DNA of 64,000 nucleotides from positions 800,001 through 864,000 of the forward strand of contig OY968762.1 of NCBI GenBank assembly GCA_963695225.1, in the 5' to 3' direction. Positions 59,562-64,000 of this stretch are shown here, piece by piece. Positions within the stretch are counted from its first letter, which is position 1. Each line of letters begins with the position of its first letter. Made by a program: the position numbers and the translations under genes. The notes under the pieces were generated by a model. It made no database searches. It was not told the DNA's origin and saw nothing but the letters and a program-made list of their open reading frames with translations. Source of the DNA: Vulcanimicrobiota bacterium (GTDB taxonomy: Bacteria; Vulcanimicrobiota; Vulcanimicrobiia; Vulcanimicrobiales; Vulcanimicrobiaceae).

Positions 59562-59589
59562 TTGAGGGTACGAATGAGGGTATGGAGGG
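59562..59589 (+). repeat. Direct repeats, putative integrase arm-type sites (right)
   Basis: TTGAGGGTA CGAATGAGGGTA TGGAGGG; same motif as 59328-59360. Confidence 0.7.
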
Positions 59590-60033
59590 ACGCCTTTGCT
59601 TGGCCTCGATGCTCGCGAGTATGAGTCGGTGGATTTATGCCGTCGGTCCCCTAGGTCTACCGCCAAGAAGAACCTCAACCTCGATGGAGCGACGCCGGCG
59701 TTCCAGTGCGTGTGGCGACGGAACTATCGCCGACCAGTCCGCTCGAGCTTGGCCCCGCCGCGTCCCGTTTCGAGTGAGCCGACTGCGCGGGCAGAGCGAG
59801 CAGGCTTCCGCGTGGATCGAAGATCAGGGCTTAGGGGCGAACATCATCCCCGCAGCGTCGCGGGGCTGCGCCGGGAGGCCCCGTTCACGATACCCCGCGA
59901 CGGTTGTGGGGCATAGAATAAGAGCCTACCTTCTCGAGGCGTCCGGGGTAGCAAGCGGGTGGGCTCGGCCCTGGATCGGGAGCCAGGAATTACTGTGGAT
60001 GTCGCCCGATGAAGGCAGACGGAGAAATCCACA

Positions 60034-60327
60034 ATGCGAAAGAGCCGCTTCACCGAGACCCAGATCGTCCAGATCCTCGCCGAGCATGATGCCGGGGCGT
60101 CCATGGCTGACCTTGGGCGCCGCCACGGCGTCCACGCGAACACGATCCGGTTGTGGCGTCAGAAGTACGCCGGCATGAATGCGACCGATCTTGCCCGCCT
60201 CAAGCAGCTCGAGGCGGAGAACGCGCAGATGCAGCGCATCATCGCCCGGCAGACCGTCAAGATTGACGCGATCGAGGAGCTGTTACGAAAAAACTCCTGG
60301 AGCCTTCCCGGCGAGCCGAAGCCGTGA
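60034..60327 (+). CDS. IS3 OrfA
   Basis: MRKSRFTETQIVQIL..WRQKYAGM..RLKQLEAEN; slippery AAAAAAC at 60288-60294. Confidence 0.92.
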   Translation: MRKSRFTETQIVQILAEHDAGASMADLGRRHGVHANTIRLWRQKYAGMNATDLARLKQLEAENAQMQRIIARQTVKIDAIEELLRKNSWSLPGEPKP

Positions 60328-61166
60328 AGGCGCTCCAAGCGCTCGGCCTGAGCCAGCGCGAGGCGTGCACGATCGCACGTGCGCGCCGCCGCTCATCGCG
60401 CGAAGTTCCCAGCCGCAAGGCGCAGGAAGATGCACAGGTAGCCCTGCGCCTGACGGAACTTGCGCAAGAGCATGCGGGACACGGATGCCGGCGACTCTAC
60501 TTCGACTACGAGCGTGACGCACGGCCCGGCGATGACTACATGAACCACAAGCGATTTCGCCGGCTCTACCGGCTTGCGGGTTTGCAGATAGGCCGCCGTC
60601 ATCGCCGCGGTCGCGCGAAGATCGTTCGCGGCCGAAGCCTTCGCCGTGCGGTTCGGCCCTTTGAGGGTTGGACGATGGACTTCATGCACGACCGCCTCTT
60701 TAACGGGCGCTCTTTTCGCGGGCTCACGGTCATGGATGAGTTCAGCCGGTCAGGCCTGGCTCTTGAGGCTGCGTATTCGTTTCCCAGCCGATCAGTCGTC
60801 AAGGTTCTTGACGATCTCGGCGCCGTGTACGGCTATCCCAAATACCTGCGGATCGACAATGGCACGGAGCTAACATCGAAGATCATGCAGCAGTGGTCCG
60901 AAGACCATTGCGTTGAGTTGCTCTTCATCCAACCGGGCAAGCCGACGCAGAACGCCTATATCGAATCGTTCAACTCACGGGTCCGCTCGGAGTTCTTCAA
61001 TGCCCAATGGTTCCGCTCGGTGCTTGAAGCTCGCGGTGCAGCCGACGCATGGCGGCACCGTTACAACACGACCCATGCTCATAGCGCACTGCACTACCAA
61101 ACCCCCGAGGAGTTCCTCGGGACCTACGAAACTATCCCCACCCCACAGAAATCACTGGCTGCATAA
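60324..61166 (+). CDS. IS3 OrfB DDE transposase (OrfAB via -1 frameshift)
   Basis: WTMDF, DNGTE, PGKPTQNAYIESFN, YNTTHAHSAL. Confidence 0.93.
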   Translation: MKALQALGLSQREACTIARARRRSSREVPSRKAQEDAQVALRLTELAQEHAGHGCRRLYFDYERDARPGDDYMNHKRFRRLYRLAGLQIGRRHRRGRAKIVRGRSLRRAVRPFEGWTMDFMHDRLFNGRSFRGLTVMDEFSRSGLALEAAYSFPSRSVVKVLDDLGAVYGYPKYLRIDNGTELTSKIMQQWSEDHCVELLFIQPGKPTQNAYIESFNSRVRSEFFNAQWFRSVLEARGAADAWRHRYNTTHAHSALHYQTPEEFLGTYETIPTPQKSLAA

Positions 61167-61244
61167 CAGGGCCGAGCCCACGGGCGAATCGTTGAGCGCG
61201 GCAAGTGTGCACACACCGCAACGCAAGCGCGCTCGAGGTTCACG

Positions 61245-61582
61245 ATGATGGCGCCAATAGCAGCCGGTCTCGATTTCGCGGCAACGCGGCTCGGCGTGAT
61301 CACGAGTCCGCAGGCATGCCCTCGACCCCGGGCGCCGCGATTCTTGACGAAGAGCGGCCGTCTTGAATGCTCTACCGCTCACCGGAGCCGGTCCTCGAGC
61401 CGAAGGCGCCGTACGAGCATGACGGCGTGGTCAACGACGTGATATTTCCATCGGCGACCGACCCGCGCGCGGATGGCGCCCTGGACGTCTACTACGGCGC
61501 GGGGGATCACATCATCGGGGCCGCCCGCGTCAGCTTGCCGAGCAAGATCCCCATCGTCATGGAAAATCCGAATGGCGGATAG
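61245..61582 (+). pseudogene. Internally deleted GH130-like glycosidase / phosphorylase remnant
   Basis: Short N-terminal piece (RLGVI), then in another frame LYRSPEPVLEP..YE..GVVNDVIFPS..DVYYGAGD..IGAA. Confidence 0.65.
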
Positions 61583-64000
61583 GCACCCGCCGCAGACCGG
61601 GACGAAGACCGGGCCCGATGCGAATCCCGCCGCCGCCGGAAAGGACGACCTGAAGTCCCTCTCCATGCCCGACCTGTTCGCGAAGCTGGGAGCGACGAAG
61701 GACGGCTTGACGGCGGCAGAGGCTGCCAAACGTCTGACGCAATACGGTCGCAACGAGATCGCGCAGAAGGTCGAGAATCCGTTCTTGAAGTTTCTCAGCT
61801 ATTTCTGGGGACCGATCCCGTGGATGATCGAAGCGGCCGTGATTCTCTCCGCGGTCGTCCGCCACTGGCTGGATTTCGGCGTCATCCTCCTGCTGCTCTG
61901 CACCAACGCCATCGTCGGATTCTGGGAAGAGCATCAGGCGGGGAACGCGATCGCCGCTCTGAAGTCGCAACTCGCCGTCAACGCCCGCGTTCGGCGCGAC
62001 GGAAAATGGGTCAACCCGCAAGTCGCCGAGCTCGTGCCCGGCGACGTCGTTCGCATGCGGCTCGGCGATATCGTGCCGGCCGATGCGCGCTTGCTCGCGG
62101 GCGATCCGATCGAGGTCGATCAATCCGCGCTGACCGGCGAGTCGCTGCCGGTGACGCGCAAACCGGGCGAAGCGGTCTTCTCCGGATCGATCGTCCGTCA
62201 GGGCGAGACCGACGCGATCGTCTACGGAACCGGGGCAAACACCTATTTCGGCAAGACGGCGGCACTGGTCGAGCAGGCGCGGACGGTCAGCCATTTCCAG
62301 AAGGCCGTGCTTCAGATCGGCAATTACCTCATCGTCCTCGCGGTCGTCCTGGTCGTGCTGATCGTTGCCGTCGGACTCTTCCGGCACGACCCGATGCTAG
62401 ACACGTTCGAGTTCGCGCTGGTGCTCCTCGTGGCCGCGATTCCCGTTGCGATGCCCACGGTGCTCTCGGTAACGATGGCCGTCGGCGCACGGCTTCTCTC
62501 GAAAAAGCAAGCGATCGTGACCCGGCTGTCCACGATCGAAGAACTCGCCGGCGTTGACATCCTCTGTTCCGATAAGACCGGCACGCTGACCGAAAACAAG
62601 CTGACGCTGGGCGATCCCTTCTGCTTGAGCGGCACGCCGGCCGACACACTCATCCTCTACGCTGCGCTCGCCTCGCGTGCGGAGGACAAGGACACCATCG
62701 ACTTGACGGTCATCGGCGGCGTGAAAGACGGCGCGGCCCTGGCGGCGTATCAGGTCCTCCACTTCCAGCCCTTCGACCCGGTGCACAAGCGCACCGAAGC
62801 GACGGTCAAGGGCGCCGACGGAAAACAGTTCGACGTCGCCAAGGGCGCTCCACAAGTCATTCTGCAGATGTCGAGCAACGCCGGCGAGGCAAAGCCGGCG
62901 GTCGACAAAGCCATCGACGGGTTCGCCGCGCGCGGCTTCCGATCGCTCGGCGTGGCGAGGGCGGACGAGAAGGATCACTGGCAGTTCCTCGGCGTGCTGC
63001 CGATGTTCGATCCGCCGCGCCCGACCGCCAAGGCCACGCTCGCGAGCGCGAAGGCAATGGGCGTCAGCGTCAAGATGGTCACGGGCGATCAAGTCGCGAT
63101 CGCGAAAGAGACCGCGCGCGCTCTGGGGTTGGGGACGAACATCCTGGATGCCGCCGGTCTCGGCGACACGAAGGAGAAAGCGACCGACCAACAGGCGCGG
63201 GCCATCGAGCAGGCCGACGGCTTCGCCCAGGTCTTTCCCGAACATAAGTACCACATCGTCGACGTCCTGCAGCAACGCGGCCACATCGTCGGCATGACCG
63301 GCGACGGCGTGAATGACGCGCCCGCGCTCAAGAAAGCCGACTGCGGCATCGCCGTCTCCGGAGCGACCGACGCTGCGCGTGCAGCGGCATCGATCGTGCT
63401 GATGGCATCCGGCCTGGGAGTCATCATCGACGCCATCAAGGAAAGCCGCCGCATCGTTCAGCGCATGAACAGCTATGCCGTCTACCGCATCTCCGAGACC
63501 CTGCGCGTCCTGCTCTTCATGACGCTGTCGATCTTGGTGTTCAACTTTTATCCGGTGACGGCGGTGATGATCGTGCTCCTGGCGTTGCTCAACGACGGCG
63601 CGATCCTCTCTATCGCGTATGACAACGTCCTATACAAGAACGCGCCCGAGGCCTGGGACATGCGGATGGTCCTGGGGATCGCTTCCGTGCTGGGGGTTGT
63701 CGGCGTCGCGACCACGTTCGGACTCTTCTATCTCGGGGAGCGCGTGTTCCACATCGACCGCATACACATCCAGACCCTAATGTACCTGAAGCTATCCGTC
63801 GCCGGACACCTGACGATCTTCATCGCTCGGACCCGCGGTCCGTTTTGGTCGATACGGCCGGCCTGGATTCTCTTGATCGCGGTACTGGTGACGCAAGCGT
63901 TCGCGACGCTCATGGCGGTGTACGGATTCGGCATCATGACGCCGATCAGCTGGAGCTGGGCAGGCATGGTGTGGGGTTACGCGATCATCTGCGCGCTCCT
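61572..64000 (+). CDS. Plasma-membrane-type proton-efflux P-type ATPase (P3A), runs off window end
   Basis: FWGPIPWMIEAA, DQSALTGESLP, IPVAMP, CSDKTGTLT, PFDPVHKRT, KGAP, MTGDGVNDAPALKKAD, LLNDG. Confidence 0.93.
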   Translation, partial: MADRHPPQTGTKTGPDANPAAAGKDDLKSLSMPDLFAKLGATKDGLTAAEAAKRLTQYGRNEIAQKVENPFLKFLSYFWGPIPWMIEAAVILSAVVRHWLDFGVILLLLCTNAIVGFWEEHQAGNAIAALKSQLAVNARVRRDGKWVNPQVAELVPGDVVRMRLGDIVPADARLLAGDPIEVDQSALTGESLPVTRKPGEAVFSGSIVRQGETDAIVYGTGANTYFGKTAALVEQARTVSHFQKAVLQIGNYLIVLAVVLVVLIVAVGLFRHDPMLDTFEFALVLLVAAIPVAMPTVLSVTMAVGARLLSKKQAIVTRLSTIEELAGVDILCSDKTGTLTENKLTLGDPFCLSGTPADTLILYAALASRAEDKDTIDLTVIGGVKDGAALAAYQVLHFQPFDPVHKRTEATVKGADGKQFDVAKGAPQVILQMSSNAGEAKPAVDKAIDGFAARGFRSLGVARADEKDHWQFLGVLPMFDPPRPTAKATLASAKAMGVSVKMVTGDQVAIAKETARALGLGTNILDAAGLGDTKEKATDQQARAIEQADGFAQVFPEHKYHIVDVLQQRGHIVGMTGDGVNDAPALKKADCGIAVSGATDAARAAASIVLMASGLGVIIDAIKESRRIVQRMNSYAVYRISETLRVLLFMTLSILVFNFYPVTAVMIVLLALLNDGAILSIAYDNVLYKNAPEAWDMRMVLGIASVLGVVGVATTFGLFYLGERVFHIDRIHIQTLMYLKLSVAGHLTIFIARTRGPFWSIRPAWILLIAVLVTQAFATLMAVYGFGIMTPISWSWAGMVWGYAIICAL

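Larger units (their letters stand above)
59960..61180 (+). mobile_element. Intact IS3-family insertion sequence (IS407-like, 1221 bp)
   Basis: Terminal IRs TGGGCTCGGCCCTG (14 bp perfect, extending imperfectly); 4-bp target duplication CGGG at 59956-59959 and 61181-61184. Confidence 0.95.

Noticed and set aside
59328..59589. CRISPR array from the GAATGAGGGTA repeats
   Set aside because: Units are about 12 bp, abutting, without unique spacers, and there are no cas genes; no CRISPR array was seen anywhere in the window
59543..59955. ORFs right of the att site, including an IYAVGP string resembling a macrodomain motif
   Set aside because: No other macrodomain motifs and no coherent frame; probably decayed DNA

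Overview
High-GC bacterial chromosomal window. Gene content is compatible with a soil Terrabacteria lineage such as Eremiobacterota/Vulcanimicrobiota, but this is inference only. About 1-45.5 kb is mostly core genome: phoU, an amtB-like transporter, the recG-rsmD-coaD-ylbL block, hisF/hisIE, tRNA-Cys and tRNA-Gly, rraA, hopanoid genes hpnJ/hpnI, a Ugp-like ABC system with a YmdB phosphoesterase, and a TelA/vWA four-gene operon. About 45.6-64 kb appears more AT-rich by eye and looks like accessory DNA. It holds a decayed IS3, an aquaporin-glucose dehydrogenase-GH63-GMC-VOC operon, a truncated hicA with hicB, a Uma2 nuclease, a decayed tyrosine integrase next to a tRNA-Phe 3' fragment (att site) with repeated arm-like sites on both sides, an intact IS3 element and a P3A-type H+-ATPase. 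The most notable observations are: (1) a WYL regulator sharing a 16-bp bidirectional leaderless promoter with a YbjN-like / ADP-ribosylglycohydrolase / protein-tyrosine-phosphatase operon; (2) a DnaA-box cluster between recG and rsmD; (3) a stand-alone IS256-type catalytic core with its own expression signals; (4) a thioredoxin (TlpA)-peptide-binding-protein fusion; (5) an Amt with a His-to-Glu pore change; (6) an apparent tandem-island att junction. All family calls come from motif recognition by eye, not database searches.
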